Positions 17,980 through 27,769 of a stretch of 60,028 nt of DNA are shown piece by piece (within the stretch, counting starts at the first letter, position 1; each line of letters begins with the position of its first letter). The notes beneath the pieces are model-generated. The model was not told where the DNA came from. It made no database searches and saw nothing but the letters and a program-made list of their open reading frames with translations. Position numbers and translations under genes: made by a program. The DNA comes from Candidatus Woesearchaeota archaeon (GTDB lineage: Archaea > Nanobdellota > Nanobdellia > SCGC-AAA011-G17 > CAYHUI01): the NCBI GenBank assembly GCA_964360175.1, contig CAYHUI010000002.1, forward strand, positions 1 through 60,028, in the 5' to 3' direction.

Positions 17980-20900
17980 ATGCAAGAACTCCAAGAATAT
18001 TTTGATGAAATTGAAACAAAATTAAAAGAAGCTTATGAAACTGCAAATAAAGCCAGAAGTCTAGGCTATGACCCTAGTGAAAAGGTAGAGGTTGTTTTAG
18101 CAAAAAATATGGCTGAAAGAGTTGTAGGATTAATAAGCACAATCGCCCCGCAAATATCTAATACAAAAATTCCAGATAGACTACAAGAACTTGAAAAACA
18201 ATATGGAAAATTAGACTGGAGAGTAGCTTTAACTATAAGTTTGGAAGTAGCGCAACAAAAATTTTGTAATTTTAAAGATGAAAGAGAAGCTATGGAAGTC
18301 GGAATAAGAGTTGGTCTGGCTTATTTATCTTTAGGTGTTGTTACATCCCCCTTAGATGGTTTTACAAGATTAGAACTCAAAAATACAAGAGATGGAAAAA
18401 AATATTTTTGTTTATATTTTTCAGGCCCTATAAGAAGTTCTGGTACAACTGTTGTTTGTGGGAGTATAGCAGTTGCAGATTACATAAGACAAAAAATGGG
18501 ATATGTACCTTATGATCCGACAGAAGCAGAAATAAAAAGAATGATTACTGAATTAATAGATTACCATGAAAGAATAACCAATTTGCAGTATTTTCCTAGC
18601 GAAGAAGAATGTGATTTCATGTTAAGACACTTACCCCTACAAATAAATGGTGATCCTTCTGAAGATTTGCAAGTTTCAAATTATAAAGATTTACCGAGAA
18701 TAGAAACTAATTTTCTTAGAAACGGCCCATGTTTGGTTTTAGGTGAAGCACTAACGCAAAAAGCTCCAAAAGTCTGGGCCCAAATTTCCAAATGGGGAAA
18801 AGATTTTGGTTTAGATAATTGGAATTTCTTAGAAGATTTTATAAAATTACAAAAAAAAGTTAGAGCAGCAGGGAAAGTTGAAAAAGTAGAAAAAGAAATC
18901 ACCCCTGATTATAATTATATTAAAGATTTGGTTGCAGGCAGACCGATATTAACTCATCCGTTAGCAGTAGGTGGATTTAGATTAAGATATGGTAGAAGCA
19001 GAACTTCTGGATTAGCTTCTTTAAGCATACATCCAGCTACCATGTTGGTATTAAATAATTTTATTGCAACTGGTACTCAATTAAAATATGAACGTCCAGG
19101 AAAATCAACAGCAATAGCACCTTGCGATACCATTGAAGGCCCTATTATCAAATTAAAAAACAGCGACGTGGTATTTTTAGATAGCATAGATGATGCACAA
19201 AAAATAGTAAATGAAATTGAAGAGATTATTTTTTTAGGAGATATTCTAATAAACTATGGAGAATTTTTTAACCGAGCACATAAATTAGTCCCTCCTGGAT
19301 ATTGTGAAGAATGGTGGTTGCAAGAACTAAAAAATGCTGAAAGTAATCCAGAAAAACTTTCCAAAATTACAAATATGGATCAATTATATTTCGAGGAGCT
19401 TTTTAAAAATCCAACTAAAAAAATAAGCTTAGATGAATCTATTACTCTCTCGCAAAAATTAAAAATCCCTTTACATCCAAGATACACTTTTCACTGGAAA
19501 GATATTTCTCAAAAACAATTCTTGAGTTTAGCTGAATGGTTAGATAAGGGTAAAATAGAAAAAGAAAAAATCATTTTACCTATGGGTTCTAATGTTAAAG
19601 AGATTTTAGAAGACGCAGACGGTAAAAGAGTTTTAGAACTGCTGGGAATACCTCATAAATTAATTAATAAAGAACATGTTTTAATAGAAAAAGATTGGGC
19701 AAAAGCACTTATGCTAAGCTTTGGTTTTTTAAATAAGAATTTAGATATTAAAAAAATTATTAACCAAGTTTCTGAAAAAGACGATATTTTAACTACAATT
19801 AATAAATTATCAGAAATAAAATTAAGGGATAAATCAGGAACTTTTATTGGAGCTAGGATGGGCAGACCAGAAAAAGCAAAGTTAAGAAAATTAACAGGCA
19901 GCCCCCATATATTATTTCCAGTGGGTGAAGAAGGAGGCAGGCTAAGATCTTTCCAATCAGCTTTGAATGCTAAAAGAATAACAGGAGATTTTCCAATATA
20001 TTATTGTAATTATTGCACCAACAAAACAATTTATCCTATCTGTGAAAACTGCAATAAAAAAACAGAGAGAAAATATTATTGCAATAAATGTAATAAAGAT
20101 ATCCCTCAAGAAATTTGTCCAAGACACGGAAAATCATCTACATTTGAACAACAAGAAATTGATATAAATCATTATTTTGAAAAAGCTTTAAAGATGTTAA
20201 AATTAAAAAATCCCCCTTCTTTAATCAAAGGGGTAAGGGGAACTTCTAATAAAGATCACGTTCCTGAAAATTTAGCAAAGGGAATATTAAGATCTGTTAA
20301 TGAATTGTACGTTAATAAAGACGGCACTATTAGATACGATATGACAGAAATGCCAATAACCCATTTTAAACCTAAGGAGATTGGAACTTCTATCAAAAGA
20401 TTGAAAGAACTTGGTTATATAAATGATATTCATGGAGAGATTTTAGAAAATGAAGACCAACTTTTAGAAATAAAACCGCAAGATGTTATACTACCTAATT
20501 GTTCTGCTTCTCAAGAAGAGGGGGCAGATATCATATTATCAAGAATAGCAAATTTTATAGATGATTTGCTGGAAAATTTTTACAAACTTAAAAGATTTTA
20601 CAATATTAAATCAAAAGAAGATTTAATTGGACATTTAATTATAGGATTAGCACCACATACTTCGGCAGGAATTATAGGAAGGATAATAGGTTTTTCTAAA
20701 ACCCAAGTCTGCTATGCCCATCCATTTTGGCACTCTGCTCAACGTCGAGACTGTGAAGGTGACGAAGATTGCGTTATGTTATTAATGGATACATTATTAA
20801 ATTTCTCTCGACATTATTTACCTACACATCGAGGATCAACACAAGATGCAACTTTAGTATTGACATCTAAATTAATCCCCTCAGAAGTAGATGATATGGT

Positions 20901-21501
20901 CTTTGATTTAGATATAGTTTGGGAATATCCATTAAGTTTTTATGAAGCAGCTTTAAATTATAAAAATCCATGGGATATTAAATTAGAACAAATAGATGAT
21001 AGGTTAAGTACAGATAAACAATATACTGGTTTTGGATTTACAAATAATGTAGAAGATATAAATATGGGGGCAAAATGCAGCGCTTATAAATCACTGCCTA
21101 CTATGATGGATAAAGTAAGGGGCCAAATGTTGTTAGCAAATAAGATAAGGGCAGTTGATGAAAACGATGTTGCAAAATTAGTTATAGAGAGACACTTTCT
21201 TAGGGATATAAAAGGGAATTTAAGAAAATTTTCAATGCAAGAATTTAGGTGCGTTGCTTGTAATGCAAAATATAGAAGGCCATTTTTAAATGAAGGTTGT
21301 TTAAAATGTGGGGGTAGATTGATATTTACCGTATCTGAAGGAAGTGTAATCAAATATTTACAACCTTCCATAGAGTTAGCTAATAAATACAATTTATCTC
21401 CTTACTTAAAACAAACGTTAGAATTAACAAAACATAGTATTGAGAGCGTCTTTGGTAAAGAAAGTGAAAGACAAGAGGGGTTGGGTAAGTGGTTCTCTTG
21501 A
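17980..21501 (+). CDS. dp2: DNA polymerase D large catalytic subunit (DP2)
   Basis: 1173 aa. Conserved AHPFWHSAQRRDCEGDEDCVMLLMD catalytic region, Cys clusters CNYCTNK...CENCNKK and CVACNAKYRR...CLKCGG. The length gives no sign of an intein. Confidence 0.95.
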   Translation: MQELQEYFDEIETKLKEAYETANKARSLGYDPSEKVEVVLAKNMAERVVGLISTIAPQISNTKIPDRLQELEKQYGKLDWRVALTISLEVAQQKFCNFKDEREAMEVGIRVGLAYLSLGVVTSPLDGFTRLELKNTRDGKKYFCLYFSGPIRSSGTTVVCGSIAVADYIRQKMGYVPYDPTEAEIKRMITELIDYHERITNLQYFPSEEECDFMLRHLPLQINGDPSEDLQVSNYKDLPRIETNFLRNGPCLVLGEALTQKAPKVWAQISKWGKDFGLDNWNFLEDFIKLQKKVRAAGKVEKVEKEITPDYNYIKDLVAGRPILTHPLAVGGFRLRYGRSRTSGLASLSIHPATMLVLNNFIATGTQLKYERPGKSTAIAPCDTIEGPIIKLKNSDVVFLDSIDDAQKIVNEIEEIIFLGDILINYGEFFNRAHKLVPPGYCEEWWLQELKNAESNPEKLSKITNMDQLYFEELFKNPTKKISLDESITLSQKLKIPLHPRYTFHWKDISQKQFLSLAEWLDKGKIEKEKIILPMGSNVKEILEDADGKRVLELLGIPHKLINKEHVLIEKDWAKALMLSFGFLNKNLDIKKIINQVSEKDDILTTINKLSEIKLRDKSGTFIGARMGRPEKAKLRKLTGSPHILFPVGEEGGRLRSFQSALNAKRITGDFPIYYCNYCTNKTIYPICENCNKKTERKYYCNKCNKDIPQEICPRHGKSSTFEQQEIDINHYFEKALKMLKLKNPPSLIKGVRGTSNKDHVPENLAKGILRSVNELYVNKDGTIRYDMTEMPITHFKPKEIGTSIKRLKELGYINDIHGEILENEDQLLEIKPQDVILPNCSASQEEGADIILSRIANFIDDLLENFYKLKRFYNIKSKEDLIGHLIIGLAPHTSAGIIGRIIGFSKTQVCYAHPFWHSAQRRDCEGDEDCVMLLMDTLLNFSRHYLPTHRGSTQDATLVLTSKLIPSEVDDMVFDLDIVWEYPLSFYEAALNYKNPWDIKLEQIDDRLSTDKQYTGFGFTNNVEDINMGAKCSAYKSLPTMMDKVRGQMLLANKIRAVDENDVAKLVIERHFLRDIKGNLRKFSMQEFRCVACNAKYRRPFLNEGCLKCGGRLIFTVSEGSVIKYLQPSIELANKYNLSPYLKQTLELTKHSIESVFGKESERQEGLGKWFS

Positions 21502-21512
21502 AATTTATCAAA

Positions 21513-22949
21513 TTAAACTTGTTTTGATTTTAAAATTTTTACATCAAGATCTCTTAAAAATTTTCCAGGAGTTAAAGCCAAAATCTTTTCTTTTGCTTCT
21601 TTAATCCCAAATTTTTTAACCTGTCTCACATCCTTAATTTTTACGTTCATAATCAAAGCCACAATTAAACGAGCAATTCCACTAAGTAAGAAAACAAAAA
21701 GAATTGGATTTAAACTAAAAAATATAAAGGATCTAGAAGTAATTAACCCACCAATAAGGGTAGCCCCGATAAAAACACCAATACCCTCGATGATATTATA
21801 ATAAGATACACATAAAGCCATTCTCTGCCTTGTAACAGCGTCGTAAACAAAGTTACTTGAAGAGAGATTAAAACCAGCCCAAGCAAAACCAGAGAACACT
21901 TCTACTAATATCAAGTAAGGAAGCAGTATAAACGGAAAATATTTTATGATCAAAGGGGAGGCCAACCACAACAGAGGTATAAAAGAAATAAGAAAACTAC
22001 AAATTTTAATCACTTTTATATTACCATAAGAATCTGCAAATTTACCCCACACTGGCATAAATAATAAAGAGACTAAAGAAGAACTTACTATCATAATAGT
22101 ATAAGTTATATAATTAAAGTTGAGATGCTTTAACATATAAACTGCAAAGAAAGGAGAGGCTATTGTAGTTGCAAGCTGCATTAGGGAAGTAAAAATAACA
22201 AATCTGCCAAAATTTGTATAAGGCATCTTTTTTGAAAATTCTAAAAAACTAAAATAATACTCCTTTTCAGGTTTAAATTCTGGCTCGTATTTTTTTAAGA
22301 AAAACATTGAGGATATTGCTCTAGAAACAAAAGCCAAAGTAAATAAAATTGCAAAACCGATGAAAATTTTTGTGTTTCTAAAATAATCAAGAATAAAACC
22401 TGCGATAAGCATACTTACTAAGGTTACTGTTCCAATAATCCTATTTCTTCTACCAAAATACCTTCCGCTTTCTCTTGTTACAATATCCTTCATCCAAGAA
22501 TTCCATGCAGGCCCATAAAATGCTCCACAAACAACTAATATTGAATAGATTAAAATTAGAAATATATGGGTCATAGTAGAATTTAAATTAATAACAGAAA
22601 ACATAAAACCAACTAAAATTATAAGTAACCATGTAAAAGCTTGCGATAAAGATCCTAAAAAAGCAATTTTTTTCCTCTTAGTTTTCCACATCACTTTGAT
22701 AGTATAAAGTTTAGAAAAATTTCCCAATAATGAAGGTAAAGAATTTAAAAAACCAATATAAATATTATTAGCACCAAGAGCTAATGCATAAGGTGTGATA
22801 TATCTCGATCCAAAACCTTCACTTATTCCATTTGCAGAACCTTCTTTTATACTAATTTCTCTTGCCTTTTTCTTAAATTCTTCTTCTTTCTGCAGATCTT
22901 GTTTTTCGGTTATTATATCCTCTTTTTTCTCTATATTTTCTTGATCCAT
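21513..22949 (-). CDS. MFS-type transporter
   Basis: 478 aa with about 12 predicted TM segments and an acidic/basic cytoplasmic N-terminal tail. The GRRNRI loop between early TM helices is MFS-like. Confidence 0.65.
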   Translation of the reverse strand: MDQENIEKKEDIITEKQDLQKEEEFKKKAREISIKEGSANGISEGFGSRYITPYALALGANNIYIGFLNSLPSLLGNFSKLYTIKVMWKTKRKKIAFLGSLSQAFTWLLIILVGFMFSVINLNSTMTHIFLILIYSILVVCGAFYGPAWNSWMKDIVTRESGRYFGRRNRIIGTVTLVSMLIAGFILDYFRNTKIFIGFAILFTLAFVSRAISSMFFLKKYEPEFKPEKEYYFSFLEFSKKMPYTNFGRFVIFTSLMQLATTIASPFFAVYMLKHLNFNYITYTIMIVSSSLVSLLFMPVWGKFADSYGNIKVIKICSFLISFIPLLWLASPLIIKYFPFILLPYLILVEVFSGFAWAGFNLSSSNFVYDAVTRQRMALCVSYYNIIEGIGVFIGATLIGGLITSRSFIFFSLNPILFVFLLSGIARLIVALIMNVKIKDVRQVKKFGIKEAKEKILALTPGKFLRDLDVKILKSKQV

Positions 22950-23100
22950 GTTCTACATTTTCATAAATTTTATTTTTAAATCTTTCGTTGATATCCTAAA
23001 GAACATAGACTACTTGTTTTGCGAGATTTTTTAATTATTCTGAATCATTCATAATAAATCTGATTTAAATAAAAATATAAAATTTACTAATAATCTCCTA

Positions 23101-24303
23101 TTAAAACAAATAGAAGAAAATAACAGGTAATAATAAACAACCCATCAAATGACTCCTTTTTATACCTTTGATATTAGGTATTAATCCGATAAAAGTTGCA
23201 ATTACTAAAACGAGTAATCCTATAAATTTGGAAAAAATAAAAACCAAAACAATGATAAAAATTATAACCGCTAAACACAATACACTATAATTTAATTTAT
23301 TAATCAATTTTCCAAAAACTTTTGCTAAATACAAAGCTAAAAAAGTTGCAATACCCGCTACTATCAAAGAACTTCCTAAAAATAAGATTAAATAATTTAA
23401 ATTAAAACTTTCCATAATTTTAGAAATTGCTACAATTGCTCCGCTTCTTGCCTTGTCTATTATATATAAAGCTGCGATACTTAAAACCATATTTAAAGTA
23501 TTTATACCACTAACTAAAATTAAAAATCCCTTATCACCTATATTTTTAAATAACTGCAAACCAAGAACAGCTCCTTGTGCAGGTCCTAATCCAGGTAAAA
23601 AACTGCACAAAATTCCTGCTATAGTACAACCACTTAAAGATTTTAATATCGTAAAGTTACTAATATCATCAATTTTGTTTTCTTGTGCTGGAATTTTAAC
23701 TTTATCTAAAAAACTTAATACCAACATACTAATCCCAAATAAACCGCTTAACATTGGAAGTAAAGGTTCATTTAATATATGCAAATTCAAAACACCAAAT
23801 CCAAAAACACCAGCCATTAAAAAAATAATAAAAGCCCAAAGTCTAGATTTTTTCTCTATTAAAATTAAATAGACTGAAGCTATAATCAAGATAAAAGCCA
23901 TATTCTTTTTAATAAATGGATACGCTATTTTTACCGTCGGTATCAAAATAGGAACTAATAAAATAGCTGTAATCAATGCAAATAAACTTCCAAGTACAGT
24001 TAAGAAAATAGCTTCGTATGCTCTCCCCTCTAATAACATCTTATGTCCAGGTAATATACTTAATGCTGTTGCTGGTTCTGGTGCTCCAAGATAGATACTA
24101 GGTAAAAAATCAAGAAAAGTATGTGTAATAGCTACACTTATAATAAAAATACTAATTACAACTACATTTGTATATTGTAATAAAAAAGGAGATAAAGATA
24201 AAACTATTACAGCGACTAAATTTATATGCACTCCTGGGATTAAACCAGTAATTACTCCTATAAATATTCCGATTAAAATAGCTGAAAATATTTCTACTAA
24301 CAT
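23101..24303 (-). CDS. Polytopic membrane protein, TctA/DUF112-like
   Basis: 400 aa, hydrophobic throughout. GLIPGVHINLVA and LPGLGPAQGAVLG resemble the repeated TctA-family loop motifs. Confidence 0.55.
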   Translation of the reverse strand: MLVEIFSAILIGIFIGVITGLIPGVHINLVAVIVLSLSPFLLQYTNVVVISIFIISVAITHTFLDFLPSIYLGAPEPATALSILPGHKMLLEGRAYEAIFLTVLGSLFALITAILLVPILIPTVKIAYPFIKKNMAFILIIASVYLILIEKKSRLWAFIIFLMAGVFGFGVLNLHILNEPLLPMLSGLFGISMLVLSFLDKVKIPAQENKIDDISNFTILKSLSGCTIAGILCSFLPGLGPAQGAVLGLQLFKNIGDKGFLILVSGINTLNMVLSIAALYIIDKARSGAIVAISKIMESFNLNYLILFLGSSLIVAGIATFLALYLAKVFGKLINKLNYSVLCLAVIIFIIVLVFIFSKFIGLLVLVIATFIGLIPNIKGIKRSHLMGCLLLPVIFFYLF

Positions 24304-24396
24304 AAAATTAAGAATTAAAACTTGTTTATATTTGATGCTGATGAAATTCCGGAAAATTTTTGTTCTTACTTGTAGATTTTATAAAAAATATACCTA

Positions 24397-24744
24397 TTAA
24401 AATAATCTAATAGAATCAGTTTCAATTTCTAATTTTCCTTTGTATTCTTTTATTACACCATCAATCTCAATTAAATCTCCCTTCTTTAAATTAATATCAT
24501 CTTCTTTAAATAAGATAGCTGTGATATTCCCTGTATCATCCTTAACATTTAATATTAATAATCCAGGAGTTTCTTTTATAGAATTTATATAACCTTTAAC
24601 TTTTACTTTTTCATTTAAATCATCTTTGGTAATACTGGCTATATTTGATTCAGAAGCGTCTAATTTTTCCACTATTAATAATACAATAAAAATTCCAATT
24701 AAAGAACAAACAACAGCTATTTTTAGTAAAGTTTTTTCTTGCAT
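24397..24744 (-). CDS. Signal-anchored OB-fold (tRNA_anti-like) nucleic-acid-binding protein
   Basis: 115 aa. N-terminal TM helix LLKIAVVCSLIGIFIVLLIV, then VKVKGYINSIKETPGLLILNVKDDTGNITAILFKED...GDLIEIDGVIKEYKGKLEIE, a typical OB-fold pattern. Confidence 0.6.
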   Translation of the reverse strand: MQEKTLLKIAVVCSLIGIFIVLLIVEKLDASESNIASITKDDLNEKVKVKGYINSIKETPGLLILNVKDDTGNITAILFKEDDINLKKGDLIEIDGVIKEYKGKLEIETDSIRLF

Positions 24745-24861
24745 TTATATCTAATTTTATTTTAGATTTAAAAACTTTATTTAGAATTTTTCGGAAATCT
24801 TTTAAGTTTTAACTAATAAATCCCCGGATTTTTTTAGATTATAAAAATAAATATATTTATT

Positions 24862-25059
24862 ATGATGAAAAAGGAGATTATGATAGGAAAATCTAGAGCA
24901 AATTACGGAGAAGATGTAATAGAAGGTGTTACTCTTTTTAAAGATGAGAAAACAGATGAAGTTACTGGGGTTGGTATCTTAAATTTCAAAGAACGAATAA
25001 AAAACAAAGATATTAATTTACCTGTTGACATCAGTTTTATAAGTTCTAAAAACAGATAA
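24862..25059 (+). CDS. Small hypothetical protein (possibly DUF2283-like)
   Basis: 65-aa ORF in an otherwise empty intergenic space. Only weak family resemblance. Confidence 0.35.
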   Translation: MMKKEIMIGKSRANYGEDVIEGVTLFKDEKTDEVTGVGILNFKERIKNKDINLPVDISFISSKNR

Positions 25060-25092
25060 ATTTATATTATTAAAATATTTTCTTTATATAAA

Positions 25093-26166
25093 ATGGATGT
25101 TATGACTAAAGTTGATTTAATTAAAGATTTTGCTAAAGAGATTGTAACAGAGCAAGAACTAAAAAATTTATTTGAAACAAATTCTAAACCAATAGCTTAT
25201 GATGGATTTGAACCTTCTGGAATAGCACCAATACATTTTGGATTATTAAGAGCAACTAACTTAAAAAATATGTTAAAAGCAGGCGTAAAATTTAAATTAT
25301 ATTTAGCAGATTATTTTGCATTCATCAATAATAAATTAGATGGAGATATAGATAATATTAGAAAAGCAGGTGAATATTTTATAGAAGTTTGGAAATCTTG
25401 TGGTATCGATGTTAACAAAGTTGAGATTATATGGGCAAAAGATATTATGGACAGCATTGATTATTGGGATAAAACTTTAAGGATTGCTAAAGAAACTACA
25501 TTAAAAAGAACAATGAAATCTTTAACAATAATGGGGAGAAAAGAAGGGGATATTATCAGTACAGCCCAATTATTTTATCCAGCAATGCAAGTTACTGATA
25601 TATTTCATATGAACATAGATATTTGTCAATTAGGTATGGATCAAAGAAGAGCGAACATGTTAGCAAGAGATGTAGCTGAAAAATTGAAATGGAAAAAACC
25701 GATAGCAGCACATCATCACATAATCCTAGGATTAAAAGGTATTCAAAAAAAAGGAACAGAAGAAGAAACTTTAATATCATCTAAAATGTCTAAATCAGAT
25801 CCTGAAAGTTGTATCTATATGCACGAATCTTCAGAAGAAATAAAAAACAAAATAAACAAAGTTTTTTGTCCTGAAAAACAAGTTGAAGATAATCCTGTTT
25901 TAGAATACAATAAGCATATAATTTTCAAGAATTTTAAAGAAGTAAAATTTGAAAGAAATAAAAAATTTGGAGGGGATATCTCTTTTAATAATTATGAAGA
26001 GTTAGAGTCCGAATATAAAAAAGGTAGTCTACATCCTTCAGATTTAAAATCAAATACAGCATTATATTTAGATGAACTAATAAAACCAGCAAGAGAGTAT
26101 TTTGAAAAAAATAAAAAAGCTAAAGAGTTATACGAATCTGTTAAAAAATTTAAAATTACTAGATAA
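25093..26166 (+). CDS. tyrS: Tyrosine--tRNA ligase (archaeal type)
   Basis: 357 aa. AYDGFEPSG..IHFG, YPAMQVTDI, MDQRRANMLARD and KMSKS motifs. It is colinear with the Methanocaldococcus TyrRS sequence as I remember it. Confidence 0.9.
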   Translation: MDVMTKVDLIKDFAKEIVTEQELKNLFETNSKPIAYDGFEPSGIAPIHFGLLRATNLKNMLKAGVKFKLYLADYFAFINNKLDGDIDNIRKAGEYFIEVWKSCGIDVNKVEIIWAKDIMDSIDYWDKTLRIAKETTLKRTMKSLTIMGRKEGDIISTAQLFYPAMQVTDIFHMNIDICQLGMDQRRANMLARDVAEKLKWKKPIAAHHHIILGLKGIQKKGTEEETLISSKMSKSDPESCIYMHESSEEIKNKINKVFCPEKQVEDNPVLEYNKHIIFKNFKEVKFERNKKFGGDISFNNYEELESEYKKGSLHPSDLKSNTALYLDELIKPAREYFEKNKKAKELYESVKKFKITR

Positions 26167-26173
26167 TTCTAAA

Positions 26174-26713
26174 ATGAGAATTTTTATTGAAATTGATTTA
26201 CCAAATGAAATTAAAGACTATTTATTCAATATACAAAAACAAATAAGTAATAAATCAGCAAAGATTACATGGGTTGCTAAAAAATATCTTCATTTGAATT
26301 TAAAATTTATAGGAGAGATTTCAGAAGATAAGTTTAATATTTTAAAAGAAAAATTAAAAGAAATTGATTTTAATAAATTTAAAGTTAATTTAGATAAAAT
26401 TGGATTTTTTCCAGAAGAAGATAATATAAGAATAATTTGGATTGGATTAAAACCAGAACAAAATATTATAAAATTACAACAAAAAATCGATGAAAGTTTA
26501 TTAAGTTTATTTCATCAAGATCAAAGATTCAAATCTCATTTAACTTTAGGTAGAGTTAAATTCGTTAAAAATAAAAAAGATTTTATTGAAAAGTTTAAAA
26601 AAATTCAAGTTAATAATTTAGAATTCGAAATTAATGAATTTAAATTGATGAAAAGTACTCTAACAAAAGATGGTCCCATTTACGAAGTTCTAGAAGTTTA
26701 TAAATTAGAATGA
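26174..26713 (+). CDS. thpR: RNA 2',3'-cyclic phosphodiesterase / 2'-5' RNA ligase (LigT/ThpR family)
   Basis: Two H-x-T/S-x motifs (HLNLKF and HLTLGRV) at the expected spacing. I start it at MRIFIEIDLP (26174); the track's 26102 start overlaps tyrS. Confidence 0.8.
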   Translation: MRIFIEIDLPNEIKDYLFNIQKQISNKSAKITWVAKKYLHLNLKFIGEISEDKFNILKEKLKEIDFNKFKVNLDKIGFFPEEDNIRIIWIGLKPEQNIIKLQQKIDESLLSLFHQDQRFKSHLTLGRVKFVKNKKDFIEKFKKIQVNNLEFEINEFKLMKSTLTKDGPIYEVLEVYKLE

Positions 26714-26753
26714 AAAGATTTAAAAGCTTATCCAACCTATCTATTTTTTTAGT

Positions 26754-27137
26754 ATGAATAATGGAAAATTATATGGAGAATCTTTGATTCGTTTGGCATT
26801 TCTAGAATCTTTGAAATTCCCAGAAAGATGGAGTAGAATCTCTTTAGAAAACTATTTCCAGCAACTAATTCTCGAAAAATTTATTATCAACTTCAATACT
26901 AAATATGGTTCAGATATAAAGTGGAGTGCTCAAATTTTAGCCAGTGAATTTCATAATTTAAGATATATTGAATCACTTCCAGATTATTTTTCAATCCAAA
27001 CCAGGTGGTCAACTTTAGAAAAAATTGTTTCAAAAGAAGAGATAGAAAAGGTTGTTGGAATTGTTTATAATGTGATAGGTTATTATTTTGACGCTATTAT
27101 AACTAGCCAGAATAATCCTTCTCAATTACCTTCTTAA
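26754..27137 (+). CDS. Hypothetical protein
   Basis: 127-aa ORF with no recognisable motif. Its 3' end overlaps the convergent XPF gene by about 35 nt. Confidence 0.4.
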   Translation: MNNGKLYGESLIRLAFLESLKFPERWSRISLENYFQQLILEKFIINFNTKYGSDIKWSAQILASEFHNLRYIESLPDYFSIQTRWSTLEKIVSKEEIEKVVGIVYNVIGYYFDAIITSQNNPSQLPS

Positions 27138-27768
27138 TTTCAACAGCTTTTTTCTTACCAATCTTCTCAACTAATTGTAATTCTTTTTCATCAGCATTAA
27201 CAACATCTTTTACAGTTTTAAATCTTTTAAGTAAAGACTTTGCAATTATCGGACCAACTCCAGGTAGACTTTCTAAAATTAACTCTTGGTGTTCTGTTAA
27301 AGATAATGGTTTTCTCTTTCTGAGTAAACTAATTAATCTTTTTGGTTTTTCTAAACGTTTCGCAATTACAGATAATAAAGCAGCAGTATCTCTATAATTT
27401 CTAGTATGTATCATTGGAATTTGATAATCAACTGCAATAGAAGCTAACATTCCTCGAATAGCATTTGGATGAAACTTTCTAATTTCATAAATATTATCGC
27501 TACCTTCTATAATTAGCAAAGGTACTGTAAAATTTTCTTTTAAATTTCTCAACTGATTTATAATCCTTTTATCAATAATAGAATTTATAAAATCATTTTG
27601 TTTTTTACGTTCGACACCAACAGTTTGAATTTCATTATTCAAATCTTTAGTTTGAATTATAAAATCAGCTGTTATTAATTGTTGTTTCTCAACTTCTATA
27701 TCTTTTTTAATTAATTCTTTTATTATTCCAGAATTAGATTCACGATGATCAACAATTATTTTCGGCAT
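27103..27768 (-). CDS. XPF/ERCC4-type structure-specific nuclease with C-terminal (HhH)2 (Hef nuclease half)
   Basis: IVDHRE...GVERKKQNDFINSI is the ERK nuclease motif. C-terminal LPGVGPIIAKSLLKRF...IGKKKAVEI are HhH motifs. I prefer the ATG at 27768 (MPKIIVD), 1 nt after the helicase stop codon. Confidence 0.85.
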   Translation of the reverse strand: MPKIIVDHRESNSGIIKELIKKDIEVEKQQLITADFIIQTKDLNNEIQTVGVERKKQNDFINSIIDKRIINQLRNLKENFTVPLLIIEGSDNIYEIRKFHPNAIRGMLASIAVDYQIPMIHTRNYRDTAALLSVIAKRLEKPKRLISLLRKRKPLSLTEHQELILESLPGVGPIIAKSLLKRFKTVKDVVNADEKELQLVEKIGKKKAVEIKKVIEKDYSG

Positions 27769-27769
27769 T

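Noticed and set aside
17980-21501. Possible inteins in DP2 (and in PolB, 54857-57334).
   Set aside because: The lengths (1173 and 825 aa) and uninterrupted conserved motifs leave no room for an intein. No C...HN splice-junction blocks or homing-endonuclease motifs were seen.
26102-26173. The 24-codon N-terminal extension of the LigT/ThpR ORF given in the track.
   Set aside because: It overlaps the 3' end of tyrS in another frame. The conserved family N-terminus (MRIFIEIDLP) starts at 26174, 8 nt after the tyrS stop.
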